Below, piece after piece: positions 1 to 9,414 of a DNA stretch of 64,000 bases. The DNA is from Candidatus Kapaibacterium sp. (GTDB taxonomy: Bacteria; Bacteroidota; Ignavibacteria; Kapaibacteriales; UBA2268). The position numbers and the translations under genes are program-made. The notes under the pieces were generated by a model. The model was not told the DNA's origin. It searched no databases and saw only the letters and a list, made by a program, of their open reading frames with translations. How positions within the stretch are numbered: position 1 is the first letter of the stretch; each line of letters starts with the position of its first letter. The stretch spans positions 32,001 to 96,000 of the forward strand of contig OY761611.1 of the NCBI GenBank assembly GCA_963664875.1, written 5' to 3'.

Positions 1-80
1 GACAAAAAGTGACACAAGTGTATATTTTATAAAATTATAGTATAAATATCATAACCTATGTATATTCAATGTTATAATAC

Positions 81-3029
81 CTACGCCTCAAATACCGGTC
101 TATCATAAACCGTCAATCCAAGTCGCCAATTCAAGGCTTCTTCTACTGTCCTGATTCTTGGTTCAACTCCTTCTATATGTCGCTCGCCTGTGGTAGGATT
201 TACCATAATCAGGTAGGGGAGTGTCCTTGTGTCGCTGCCATCTACTAAGTAAAGGAGACCTAATTGGTAGTCGTCTTGGGTATCAACTATATCTAAGTCA
301 AGGTTTTGCAAGAAGCGTTCGTAACCGAAATAGCGTATCAAAAGATCACGAGTAGTAACATTGCTTACTTTTAATATTTGCTTTGCCACCATTTTATGGT
401 TGTCAGATAAAATCCACCCGGGTATGCTGTTTGTATTCCATGCACCCAATACAGATTCAAACTCCAAAGGAGGCATACCTTCCTGAAAATTGATGCTGAA
501 CTTGCAATTATTATAATTATTCTTAGGGAAGTTCTTCGGATCTCTAAGCATAAACTGGAATGTATCATTTTTATCGTACCATACATAGTCGCAATACAAA
601 TATATCTCTGTAAGTAATGATATTATTTCGCTTGTTTTGCTATCTACGTTTACCACATACCTGAGCAATGCATCATACATCCACAGACGAACAAGAAACA
701 TATTAACAGAATAGCTCATATTGCTATACAGAAATTCCAAAAAAGCATGAGAACGAATATGTTCATCACTTTCAATCGCACTTATCGCATCCTCTATATC
801 ATTCCTTTTTGAGCCACCGGTGTACATGAGATGTGTAAGCAAGTCTGTGTAAACATCTGTGAAAATATGATCTAAATCAACGCTGTCATGTAATTCGTCA
901 GTGCTTCCTCTGCTACTCAGGATATATTCATGAGTCAAAACCAGATATCTGCCTGCAGTTTGTTCTACTGTTTTGCCATCTATCTTGATTTTGTAGTCAA
1001 TATCTAAATCTGAATGATTCAGCGGATATTCCTCATCAGTATCTACTTTTTCAATGGAATGGCTGCAGAAGTCATGTTGCATTAAAAAAGAATTGTGGCT
1101 TTTTAAGTTACTTCTGAATCTGTCACCTGACTTCTGCAATAGCATTGAATTTCCCTGTTTGACAAGAGAAAGCAACTCATTCCTTTCAGCTTGATTTACT
1201 ATCTTTATATTATTTATACCCAAGAGCGATGCTAATCGTTCTAAACTTTTTTGAACTTCTGTTGTGGTATCTTCCATGCTAAGATTTGGCTTGCAAAACC
1301 GATCTCTTAGATTTGTTAAATGATTAAGTATATTAGATGCCTGCTCAAATAACAGCTCAATCTTAAATGAATCTATAAATACAAAAGGCCCTTGCTTTTT
1401 CATGCTGAATCCTATGGATTTTTGAATATTTTCAATTGTATGAATATTTTCAATAGTATAATTAGTTTTAGATGGGTTTAGATATTCTTTTTGTGAGAAA
1501 ATCTGAATATAATCCGGCAGTATTTTGCATCGTTTGGTATTAGGATTTGCGATTAGAGAGAGTCTTAATTCCTCACCAAAATCTACAAACACATCCCCAC
1601 AATCATCCTGAACTGCAAACAATTTATACTTAACAGTTTTTTGTTCTAAAAAATGATTTACATAGTACTCTTTAGCTTCTTTTACGGAGAATAATGATTT
1701 ACGGACTTTTTCAGGGAAAATTATCATTTGCTTTTCTTGATGGTCAGCAAAGCACAATTTGAGCTCCTCATCAGATTCTATTCTAAATAGAATAAACTGA
1801 TTATCAACATCTATTACATCAAATAATCTCATGATATTTTGCAGAGAAAAATCTTGTAATACATTGAAATTAGTTCTGTTTAGATGAAAGTTGTGCTTGA
1901 AAAACTTACGCAAAGAATTAGATGCGATTAAAACATTTTGCTCTGTGTCGTAATCGTTAATATCTATAAGTGCTGAAAAATCTTTAGAATTTATATCACT
2001 AAGATCGAAAGGAATTGGAGGTATTCGTACTGCGTCTCCATAGTTAACCGTTGCGAAATTGTTATTTGCAGAATGTTGATTTCTTAAAGATATATACTTA
2101 CTTTCTCTAGCTTTAATGAGTAATCCATCTGAGTTAGGAGCGAAGTCAGTCCAAAACTCAAAATTATTTCCGTCAATCTTGAATTTATGCTTGAAGAAGT
2201 TGTAACTTTTCAAGTCTTCTTCAATGTATATAGAATTTAAAGAAAATGTTTTAGCATTGTTTAAAGTTATATCTATATTCAGAGTAGAAAGTAGCAAAAG
2301 TGCATTTAGTATATCGTTTTCCGGTTCGTCCAAAATAAAACCTAAACCCCTAATTGCATCATACAGCCAAAATATATGCCTTTGTGATAAACTGAAATCT
2401 TTCAAATAATTGCAATACAGGTAATTTATAAACTGTAAATATTTATTATCAAAAGCATATTGTGATTTAAAATCCAAATTACCAAATATCATTATATTAG
2501 AGTTATACCTAAAGTCAGATTCTTCGATTATTCGCCTGAATAGTAAATTGTCGTTGGGATAAGCATAATGTTCAAATGGAAAAGAGGGACAATTTCTAAA
2601 TATTTTATAATATCTGCCACAAGCGAAATAGAATCTGGACGCAAGTACTTTTGATGATAATTCAAAATCAATATTATCAATCAAATCCAAATCTTCAGTT
2701 TCTCTATTTACCTCTATTTCAATTGTCAAAACAGAATTTGAAGTGTCAGGATTTTTTAATTGGACATCTTCAATTTTCCTGACATTGTTTTCAGTAGCGT
2801 GATACATGCGGCTATCTGTTCTTATTTCTGCTTGAGTCAATAGTATCGCAGGCTCTGAAATACAAATATAATCAGCTACCACTCTGAGAGCATCTACTAT
2901 ATCCTGCTCTCCGCAATCATTGTCATTGTTATAATACTTCTGCTTCCAATAATCCATTCTATCAAGGACTTGTTGTATTTGAGCAGGTGAGAGCTGGAAG
3001 CCTTCTTTGTTTTGTTTGCAGTCTTGCAT
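81..3029 (-). CDS. Large hypothetical protein with C-terminal DUF6745-like domain and an internal duplication
   Basis: 982-aa ORF. C-terminus (NVTTRDLLIRYFGYERFLQNLD...YLIMVNPTTGERHIEGVEPRIRTVEEALNW) resembles the DUF6745 pattern as I recall it. The N-terminal LSPAQ...W...EP.I module recurs from about aa 558. Confidence 0.6.
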   Translation of the reverse strand: MQDCKQNKEGFQLSPAQIQQVLDRMDYWKQKYYNNDNDCGEQDIVDALRVVADYICISEPAILLTQAEIRTDSRMYHATENNVRKIEDVQLKNPDTSNSVLTIEIEVNRETEDLDLIDNIDFELSSKVLASRFYFACGRYYKIFRNCPSFPFEHYAYPNDNLLFRRIIEESDFRYNSNIMIFGNLDFKSQYAFDNKYLQFINYLYCNYLKDFSLSQRHIFWLYDAIRGLGFILDEPENDILNALLLLSTLNIDITLNNAKTFSLNSIYIEEDLKSYNFFKHKFKIDGNNFEFWTDFAPNSDGLLIKARESKYISLRNQHSANNNFATVNYGDAVRIPPIPFDLSDINSKDFSALIDINDYDTEQNVLIASNSLRKFFKHNFHLNRTNFNVLQDFSLQNIMRLFDVIDVDNQFILFRIESDEELKLCFADHQEKQMIIFPEKVRKSLFSVKEAKEYYVNHFLEQKTVKYKLFAVQDDCGDVFVDFGEELRLSLIANPNTKRCKILPDYIQIFSQKEYLNPSKTNYTIENIHTIENIQKSIGFSMKKQGPFVFIDSFKIELLFEQASNILNHLTNLRDRFCKPNLSMEDTTTEVQKSLERLASLLGINNIKIVNQAERNELLSLVKQGNSMLLQKSGDRFRSNLKSHNSFLMQHDFCSHSIEKVDTDEEYPLNHSDLDIDYKIKIDGKTVEQTAGRYLVLTHEYILSSRGSTDELHDSVDLDHIFTDVYTDLLTHLMYTGGSKRNDIEDAISAIESDEHIRSHAFLEFLYSNMSYSVNMFLVRLWMYDALLRYVVNVDSKTSEIISLLTEIYLYCDYVWYDKNDTFQFMLRDPKNFPKNNYNNCKFSINFQEGMPPLEFESVLGAWNTNSIPGWILSDNHKMVAKQILKVSNVTTRDLLIRYFGYERFLQNLDLDIVDTQDDYQLGLLYLVDGSDTRTLPYLIMVNPTTGERHIEGVEPRIRTVEEALNWRLGLTVYDRPVFEA

Positions 3030-3089
3030 GATTATATTGACCTTTGATAGAATTTTAAAATACCATATTTAGAGTTTAGATAATATAGC

Positions 3090-4487
3090 CTATTTAGAAA
3101 GTATTGGTTCATCATCCCTTGCCATTTGTGGAGACTCTTCTTCGTCTAAATTTATGTTATATGCACCTGTAGAATTGTCTTTGAAGAACTTTCGATTGCA
3201 ACTTAAAGTTCTAAGAAGAGAGCAGTTTATTGGCTTGTCTTTGTCCCTAATGCTTGAAAATTCATAAGGAGGCAAGTACTTCAGGTGTGAAAACTTATGA
3301 TATATCACGAAAATGGCATAAAACTCTGTCCTTTTTAAATCTTGTATTGTGAAATTGAGAGATCCAAGGCTCAAACCATAATTAGGCGCATCTGAAAAAT
3401 CACCAAATTCATTGGTCATGTGTATCTCATCTTCAATATACCATGTCTTTGCCCTATGCATAGGTTCATCCCACTCATCAACACAATCCTGTTTCTCGTA
3501 AAAAAGTTCTAAATACGATTCATCAGTAATTTCTTCAGAGTATTTGTGTGCAGTGATATGAAACCCATCTCGATATATGCCTCTATGATTAGTAAAAAAC
3601 TCAATTTCCTGTCCTTTAATCAAAACTGTATTTTTATAATTTTTCAAATAGTCTTCTTTTCTTTCTTCATTGGCTGGATAAATGGTAATCTGACCTTCTG
3701 TGTTCACTATAAAATAGAAATCGGCTTGATTAAGAGATACAGCTGCATCAAGTATCTTATTGATTTCATAATTATATTCATGAAGATATTTATCTCCAAT
3801 AAATCGCAGAGCGTCATAAAGCCAAATTGCATTCCGATAGTCACTACCAACATAATCTTCATAGTTGCAGTAGAGGAAGTTAAGCAATTGTATCACTTCA
3901 TTATCCTTAACTTCCTTTTGCTCAGGATCTACTGATCCAAATATTCCATCGTGCAATTCACTTCTGAAATCACTCCTCTCAAATAAATATTTTAAAAGAG
4001 AAGCATTTTCGCAAAACTTATCTTCTACAGCTGCTTGATGTCTTAAATCTCTAAATATTTGTAAAAAGTCACCTCCTACTACATAAGATATTGCCGGAGT
4101 GTTATAGTTATGGAACCGAAAATATGCTTTGTCTTCTTTGTAATGTGTTATATCTTCAATATGTACAATCAGTGATTTTTCAGATTTATCATATATTTTG
4201 TTATTCTGATAGTGTTTTCTTATTTCAACATCAGCCAAGTCTAAAAGGTTTGGTGTAAATAAATCTATCTCTAAAAATATATCCATTTCATTAGAGACCA
4301 GCTCAATTTTTGGATTTGCGATACCTACATACTCAGCTATAAGTCTGACAGCAGATACCAATTCCTGATAACTCACATTACTTCCGTCATTGGAGTAGTA
4401 TCTGTCTCTCAAATAATCCATTCTTCCAAGCAATTTATCTATCTGCTCTTTTGTTAAATCAAAATCTTCAGCTCTTTTGGTATCCAT
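3090..4487 (-). CDS. Hypothetical protein, paralog of the N-terminal module of 81..3029
   Basis: Start moved from 4706 to ATG at 4487 (MDTKRAEDF), where alignment to the neighbour begins. Shares RMDY..YY, SDFR, FLYCNY and WLYDA motifs. Confidence 0.7.
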   Translation of the reverse strand: MDTKRAEDFDLTKEQIDKLLGRMDYLRDRYYSNDGSNVSYQELVSAVRLIAEYVGIANPKIELVSNEMDIFLEIDLFTPNLLDLADVEIRKHYQNNKIYDKSEKSLIVHIEDITHYKEDKAYFRFHNYNTPAISYVVGGDFLQIFRDLRHQAAVEDKFCENASLLKYLFERSDFRSELHDGIFGSVDPEQKEVKDNEVIQLLNFLYCNYEDYVGSDYRNAIWLYDALRFIGDKYLHEYNYEINKILDAAVSLNQADFYFIVNTEGQITIYPANEERKEDYLKNYKNTVLIKGQEIEFFTNHRGIYRDGFHITAHKYSEEITDESYLELFYEKQDCVDEWDEPMHRAKTWYIEDEIHMTNEFGDFSDAPNYGLSLGSLNFTIQDLKRTEFYAIFVIYHKFSHLKYLPPYEFSSIRDKDKPINCSLLRTLSCNRKFFKDNSTGAYNINLDEEESPQMARDDEPILSK

Positions 4488-4533
4488 TTTTATCTCTGAT
4501 AGTTTTACTTCTATGCAAATAAACGTGTTGAAG

Positions 4534-4548
4534 TGACAATATATGTCG
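4534..4548. promoter_or_regulatory. Palindromic operator-like site tGACA-atata-TGTCg (candidate WYL-regulator site)
   Basis: GACA-N5-TGTC inverted repeat in the divergent intergenic region between the WYL gene and the paralog pair. Confidence 0.5.
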
Positions 4549-4679
4549 TAGATATTTTGATTTATCACTAAACTTTGTAACTCAAAAAATACATTTTTAA
4601 ATACAAAACTATCCGTCAAGTTCAGTCGCTTTGGTACAGATATTGCAGTAAAAGTAATTTTCAATTTCGGAAAATAGAA

Positions 4680-5678
4680 ATGTCTAAAATTCAACATATA
4701 ATACACTTACGCGATTGCCTGATGGCAGGGCAGAGGCTCGATTCTAATAATATAATTGAGCTTTTGAAAGATGAGTTTGATGCCAAAATAGACAAACGAA
4801 CAGCTCAGCGCTATATAAGTGAACTAAAGAATATGGAAGATCTTTATGTCGAAGAGAATATTGAAGGCAAAAAGATTATAATATACATTAGCGGCGAAAA
4901 CCGAAGAAGCTTCAGAGAGACCAATCCGTTGCCTAATCCGGGGAATTATCTGCTGTCGCTCAATGTTTTGAAGGCTCATCTTAAATCATTTGCCGGAACA
5001 AAAATTGAGAAAAATACGAATGAGTTAATATCTGAGATTGAAAAGGTTACTAAAAATAAAACCGAAATCTTTACTTCAAAAAGTCTGTTTTGGAATCAAA
5101 ATCACGGTAGCTACGATTATTCACCTCACGCAAAAACAATTGACCATATAACCGATTTAATAACTCAGCAAAAACTTCAATATGTGAGCTACGGAGATGC
5201 TCACAAACCTAATGGGTTTGTAGCTCAGCTTTGTGAGTTTTTTACATATAATGGCACTTTGTATGTAGCCGCTTACGTTTTTAAGCATAAGCATCATATA
5301 GCTCTTGCAGTGCAAAACATACTTAAACTTACTGATCTAAGCAAGGAAGACCAAGATCACTACTCCAATATCAATGTACCTCTCTTCTCATTCGAGGAGT
5401 TCAAAAGATATAGATTTGGCGTACATGAAGGCGAAATAAAAAAAGTTCGCCTTGAAGTCAGCAAAGAGCACAAACACTACTTCCTAAACCGCAATTTCCA
5501 CGACTCTCAAATAAATCTCTACGAAAACGACCCGGGCAGGCAAATGCAAATCACCTTAGAAGTTCCACTAAGCCCTGAATTAGTATCATGGATTCTCTCA
5601 TGGGGTGGGGAATTACAGGTAGTTTCTCCTAAAGAGTTGAAGGAGATGGTGGCAGAAAAGGCGAGGAGGTTGGTGTAG
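4680..5678 (+). CDS. WYL-domain transcriptional regulator (wHTH-WYL-WCX)
   Basis: N-terminal HTH (IDKRTAQRYISELK), WYL-like core (TYNGTLYVAAY...IALAVQNI), WCX tail (ELVSWILSWGGELQVVSPKELKEMV). Confidence 0.85.
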   Translation: MSKIQHIIHLRDCLMAGQRLDSNNIIELLKDEFDAKIDKRTAQRYISELKNMEDLYVEENIEGKKIIIYISGENRRSFRETNPLPNPGNYLLSLNVLKAHLKSFAGTKIEKNTNELISEIEKVTKNKTEIFTSKSLFWNQNHGSYDYSPHAKTIDHITDLITQQKLQYVSYGDAHKPNGFVAQLCEFFTYNGTLYVAAYVFKHKHHIALAVQNILKLTDLSKEDQDHYSNINVPLFSFEEFKRYRFGVHEGEIKKVRLEVSKEHKHYFLNRNFHDSQINLYENDPGRQMQITLEVPLSPELVSWILSWGGELQVVSPKELKEMVAEKARRLV

Positions 5679-5742
5679 AAATGCTCTAAAATCAAGGTTG
5701 TTTGAAGTAAACTTTGCGAGCTTTAGTGTCTGATTGCATAAT

Positions 5743-5871
5743 GCACAACGGTAAGTGTAAGAGTAGTGGCAGATTGCGTGGTGCTTTCCTGTTAAGTTAC
5801 AAGATAGTAGAATCTGGCTACAACCCTTGAATTCACTACTATCCGTCAAAAGTACTACGTTTTTTTTGACG
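5743..5871. repeat. Imperfect inverted-repeat element, possibly a truncated attC-like cassette site
   Basis: Begins GCACAAC (GTTGTGC on - strand). Internal IR pairs: agtagtg/cactact, gatagtag/ctactatc, cgtcaaaa/ttttgacg. Confidence 0.3.
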
Positions 5872-5878
5872 ACCGGAA

Positions 5879-6658
5879 TTATTTCATACTCAACACAAAT
5901 GGCAAGTACTCTTTTTTGTTTTCATATTCAAAGAGTAATAATTCTTTTAATGTTTCATTGTTTCTCATATACATATACATTGCTCCTTGTGCTCTTAAAA
6001 GTCTCTCGTTATCTTCAATTCCTAAATGTATTTTATACAACTCCTTAATTCCTTTAACAAATTCATTATACATATTGAATTGTTCACCCTGATAATTATT
6101 TACTATCGTACTAAAACAAAATGCTTCAACTTGCGGATTTCTTTCGTTTTCTGTTTCTGCTAATCCATTGATTCCTGTGCATACTTGACCAACATAGAAT
6201 CCTTCCTCATTGATTTCTAGAATCAAAAAGTATTTTACAGCGATATTTAATAATTCGTTTATTGAAACTGTGTCTGGAATATAGTTCGATATATCTGTAA
6301 TCTTTTTTGTCAGTTTTTCCATTTCTCTATTAAATATACTATCGTTTTCTAGTGATCTAATAAATTCAGCTTGAAGTTCAATAGTATCACTTATAGCCAG
6401 AAGTTTTTCATGGTTTGAATCGTCTGAAAAATGAGTTCGTAAATAATCGATATATTCTCTATTATTGTTTACTAAACCTGAAAAACAAGAGTTGGAATCA
6501 ATTTCATTCACGGTCTGGATTAAATATTCAGTTTCTCCGTATTTCCTTTTTTCTATTTTGAATATTTTATGATATTCATCTTCAATTTTACAGTTAGTCT
6601 GAGAAGATAAATCTACTGTAACTAGTCCAATTATTAAAATCAACAATAATCGTATCAT
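5879..6658 (-). CDS. Exported hypothetical protein
   Basis: Signal peptide MIRLLLILIIGLVTVDLSSQ from ATG at 6658; no recognisable domain; AT-rich. Confidence 0.65.
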   Translation of the reverse strand: MIRLLLILIIGLVTVDLSSQTNCKIEDEYHKIFKIEKRKYGETEYLIQTVNEIDSNSCFSGLVNNNREYIDYLRTHFSDDSNHEKLLAISDTIELQAEFIRSLENDSIFNREMEKLTKKITDISNYIPDTVSINELLNIAVKYFLILEINEEGFYVGQVCTGINGLAETENERNPQVEAFCFSTIVNNYQGEQFNMYNEFVKGIKELYKIHLGIEDNERLLRAQGAMYMYMRNNETLKELLLFEYENKKEYLPFVLSMK

Positions 6659-6894
6659 ATTCACTTTTTTATGGTTACAAATATTTATATAGACCAAATA
6701 TAAAAATAATTATCAAATAAACTTATATGTTTTAGTTTATCTTCCAAGTTAGAATGCAAAAACGATATTTTTTTCTATCGGGTTTATCCGACTGGTATGA
6801 CGTTATTGTATAATAAATCCCTCAATTACAAAACGCCACTCCGGCATAAGCAAACTTGAACTCGATTTGCAGTTCGTTTTCTGAGCTATTCTTT

Positions 6895-6927
6895 CTACCT
6901 CTACCTCTTCCTCTTCCTCTTCCTCTT
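6895..6927. repeat. Hexamer microsatellite (CTACCT)2(CTTCCT)3CTT
   Basis: Read directly from the sequence. Confidence 0.85.
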
Positions 6928-7137
6928 AAACTTCACACCAACATAAGTCCTAACAGGATTACCCCTTTCCAAATCCCAATGATTTAGCCATCCGAAAATC
7001 AAATAGAATCTCTCAGTAAAATCAATCGTAGGGTAGAAGTATTATTCTCTAAATCTGATTACGATGAAATATTCTATGATTCTGAGATATGCCAATTATA
7101 GGCAAAAGAAGTACGATAGTAAAATAGATATTTTCAT
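6900..7137 (-). pseudogene. Possible remnant of an exported or outer-membrane protein gene
   Basis: Adding one A to ATGAAAATATC restores a signal peptide MKNIYFTIVLLLPIIGISQ. A downstream fragment reads ...WDLERGNPVRTYVGVKF; stops intervene. Confidence 0.3.
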
Positions 7138-7201
7138 ACTCGTCTTTAAAGTTGCAAAAACCTAATATCAGAATTTCAAAATTTACAAATGAGTAAATAA
7201 T

Positions 7202-7858
7202 ATGCTTAAATATTATCTGTTTTTTATCCTTGCTATTCTCGTTTCCTGCAATCAAACGCAAGCTCCTATTCCTGAAAACAAAATACCGACTTCGCCTTTC
7301 GAAGTAAATCCGATTAAAAATGGAGAAGAGTTCCCGGTTATGAGTTTAAAGTCTGCAAATGGAGACTTGATTGATATTGATTCGCTGATTAGCACCCAGC
7401 CAACCATTTTTGTATATTTTCGAGGAGGCTGGTGTTATTATTGCAATTTACATTTTGACCAAATCCATACAGTAGAAGATTCATTGATGGGGCTCGGTTA
7501 TCGCCTTGTGATGGTTTCGTCTGATTTGCCTGAAAAGATGACACCAGGAATGAAGCAATATGCCAATAAAATGCTTATCCTTTCAGATTCTGAGTCCAAA
7601 TTAGCCAAAGAGTTGGGGATTGCTTATGCCTTAGAAAAATCAGTTTATCAGGATTTGATTGATTTAGGTATAAATCTCGAAGAAACACAAGGTAATACAG
7701 AACACCTCCTACCTGTGCCTGCAGTTTTCTATGTAGATAAACTTGGTATTATAAATTTTCAATATGTCAATCCGAATCACAAAATAAGGCTGCATCCTAA
7801 AGTGATGTTATGTGCTGCTGAGGCATATTTGAATTATAATATAGATGCAGACAGTTAA
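7202..7858 (+). CDS. AhpC/TSA-family peroxiredoxin-like lipoprotein
   Basis: Lipobox ILVSC; FRGGWCYYC CxxC motif; LPVPAVF motif. Confidence 0.85.
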   Translation: MLKYYLFFILAILVSCNQTQAPIPENKIPTSPFEVNPIKNGEEFPVMSLKSANGDLIDIDSLISTQPTIFVYFRGGWCYYCNLHFDQIHTVEDSLMGLGYRLVMVSSDLPEKMTPGMKQYANKMLILSDSESKLAKELGIAYALEKSVYQDLIDLGINLEETQGNTEHLLPVPAVFYVDKLGIINFQYVNPNHKIRLHPKVMLCAAEAYLNYNIDADS

Positions 7859-7940
7859 GGAATGTCCAATATGAACTGATATTTAGCAAGCAAATCCGTA
7901 TATTTGTTTTTACATAATTTTCAATTTCGGAGAATCTTTC

Positions 7941-9236
7941 ATGGTACCTCGTTATACTCGCCCGGAAATGGGGCAAATCTGGACAGAAGAAAACAAATAT
8001 AAAATTTGGTTAGAAATCGAAGTTTTAGCTGTTGAAGCGCAAGCCGAAATGGGAATTATTCCAATGGATGCAGCTAAAGAAATCAGAGCTAAAGCTAACT
8101 GCGACGCTGACAAAATCAACGAAATAGAAAAAGTTACTAAGCATGATGTGATTGCTTTTTTGACAAATGTCGAAGAATATGTCGGCGAGGTATCTCGATT
8201 TATACATCTTGGTATGACTTCAAGTGACGTATTAGATACTTGTCTTGCTGTCCAATCTAAGCAAGCCGGCGAGCTACTAATGAAAGATTTAGAAAAATTG
8301 AAAGAAGTACTTGCAAGAAGAGCTAAAGAGCATAAACACACTGTTTGCGTTGGCAGAAGCCACGGCATCCACGCAGAAGCTATGACTTTTGGTATGAAGT
8401 TCGCTTTGTGGTATGACGAATGTACAAGAAATATTACACGCCTCAAAGCAGCTATGGATGAGGTTTGTGTTGGTCAGATTTCAGGTGCTGTTGGTACTTA
8501 CGAACACTTATCTCCACAAGTTGAAGAATTTGTATGCGAAAAACTTGGTTTGGGAGTGTCCGCAATTTCAACTCAGGTTATCCAAAGAGATCGCCATGCT
8601 TCGTTTATGCTAGCAATTGCACAAATTGGTTCAATGCTTGAAAAAATTGCAATTGAAATCAGACACCTGCAAAGAACTGAAGTTTTGGAAGCAGAGGAAT
8701 TCTTCTCTAAAGGTCAAAAAGGCAGCTCTGCTATGCCTCATAAACGTAACCCGATCGCTTCAGAAAATATAGCCGGTCAAGCAAGACTTTTACGTACAAA
8801 TGCACTTGCTGCAATAGAAAATAATGCCTTATGGCATGAAAGAGATATATCTCACAGTAGCGTAGAAAGAGTCATTTTCCCTGATTCTACTATCTCTTGC
8901 GACTACATCTTAAACAGAGCAATCAATCTTTTAGATAATTTGCTTGTTTATCCTGAAAATATGGAAAGAAACCTTAATATAACTCACGGTTTGGTCAACT
9001 CACAAAAAGTGCTTTTAGAACTTGCTAAACGCGGCTTAAAACGCCAGGCTGCTTATGTAATGGTTCAGCAATCAGCAATGAGAACTTGGGCTGAGAAAGT
9101 TCCGTTTATGCAAACATTGCTCGAAAATGATGAGCTTATGCAGCATATAACTAAGGAAGAAATCGAAAAATTATTCAATCACGATCAAATATTTGAAAGT
9201 GCAGATTATATTTTCAAGAGATTAGGATTGGACTAA
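7941..9236 (+). CDS. purB: Adenylosuccinate lyase
   Basis: TKHDVIAF, GRSHGIHAE, signature GSSAMPHKRNPI, WHERDISHSSVER. Confidence 0.97.
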   Translation: MVPRYTRPEMGQIWTEENKYKIWLEIEVLAVEAQAEMGIIPMDAAKEIRAKANCDADKINEIEKVTKHDVIAFLTNVEEYVGEVSRFIHLGMTSSDVLDTCLAVQSKQAGELLMKDLEKLKEVLARRAKEHKHTVCVGRSHGIHAEAMTFGMKFALWYDECTRNITRLKAAMDEVCVGQISGAVGTYEHLSPQVEEFVCEKLGLGVSAISTQVIQRDRHASFMLAIAQIGSMLEKIAIEIRHLQRTEVLEAEEFFSKGQKGSSAMPHKRNPIASENIAGQARLLRTNALAAIENNALWHERDISHSSVERVIFPDSTISCDYILNRAINLLDNLLVYPENMERNLNITHGLVNSQKVLLELAKRGLKRQAAYVMVQQSAMRTWAEKVPFMQTLLENDELMQHITKEEIEKLFNHDQIFESADYIFKRLGLD

Positions 9237-9257
9237 AATAATCCTAAATACTAATAA

Positions 9258-9295
9258 AAAAGAGGGTTTGACTTTAATTAGTCAAACCCTCTTTT
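9258..9295. terminator. Bidirectional intrinsic terminator
   Basis: Perfect 16-bp IR aaaagagggtttgact-ttaatt-agtcaaaccctctttt between convergent genes. Confidence 0.85.
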
Positions 9296-9414
9296 ATACT
9301 TTGTGTTATGCTATCTGTTGTTTGTGTTATAGTGCAATCGTCAGTTGAAATTCAAAAAACACTTTTAACTTACTTTAATATACCGAGAATACAATTTATA
9401 AATAAAACAATAAA

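Noticed and set aside
4488-4706. N-terminal 73 aa of the 538-aa ORF call
   Set aside because: Overlaps the divergent WYL start and the regulatory gap; homology to the paralog begins at ATG 4487
5613-6048. Short ORFs 5613..5849(-) and 5827..6048(+)
   Set aside because: They overlap real genes and an IR element; no RBS or domain seen
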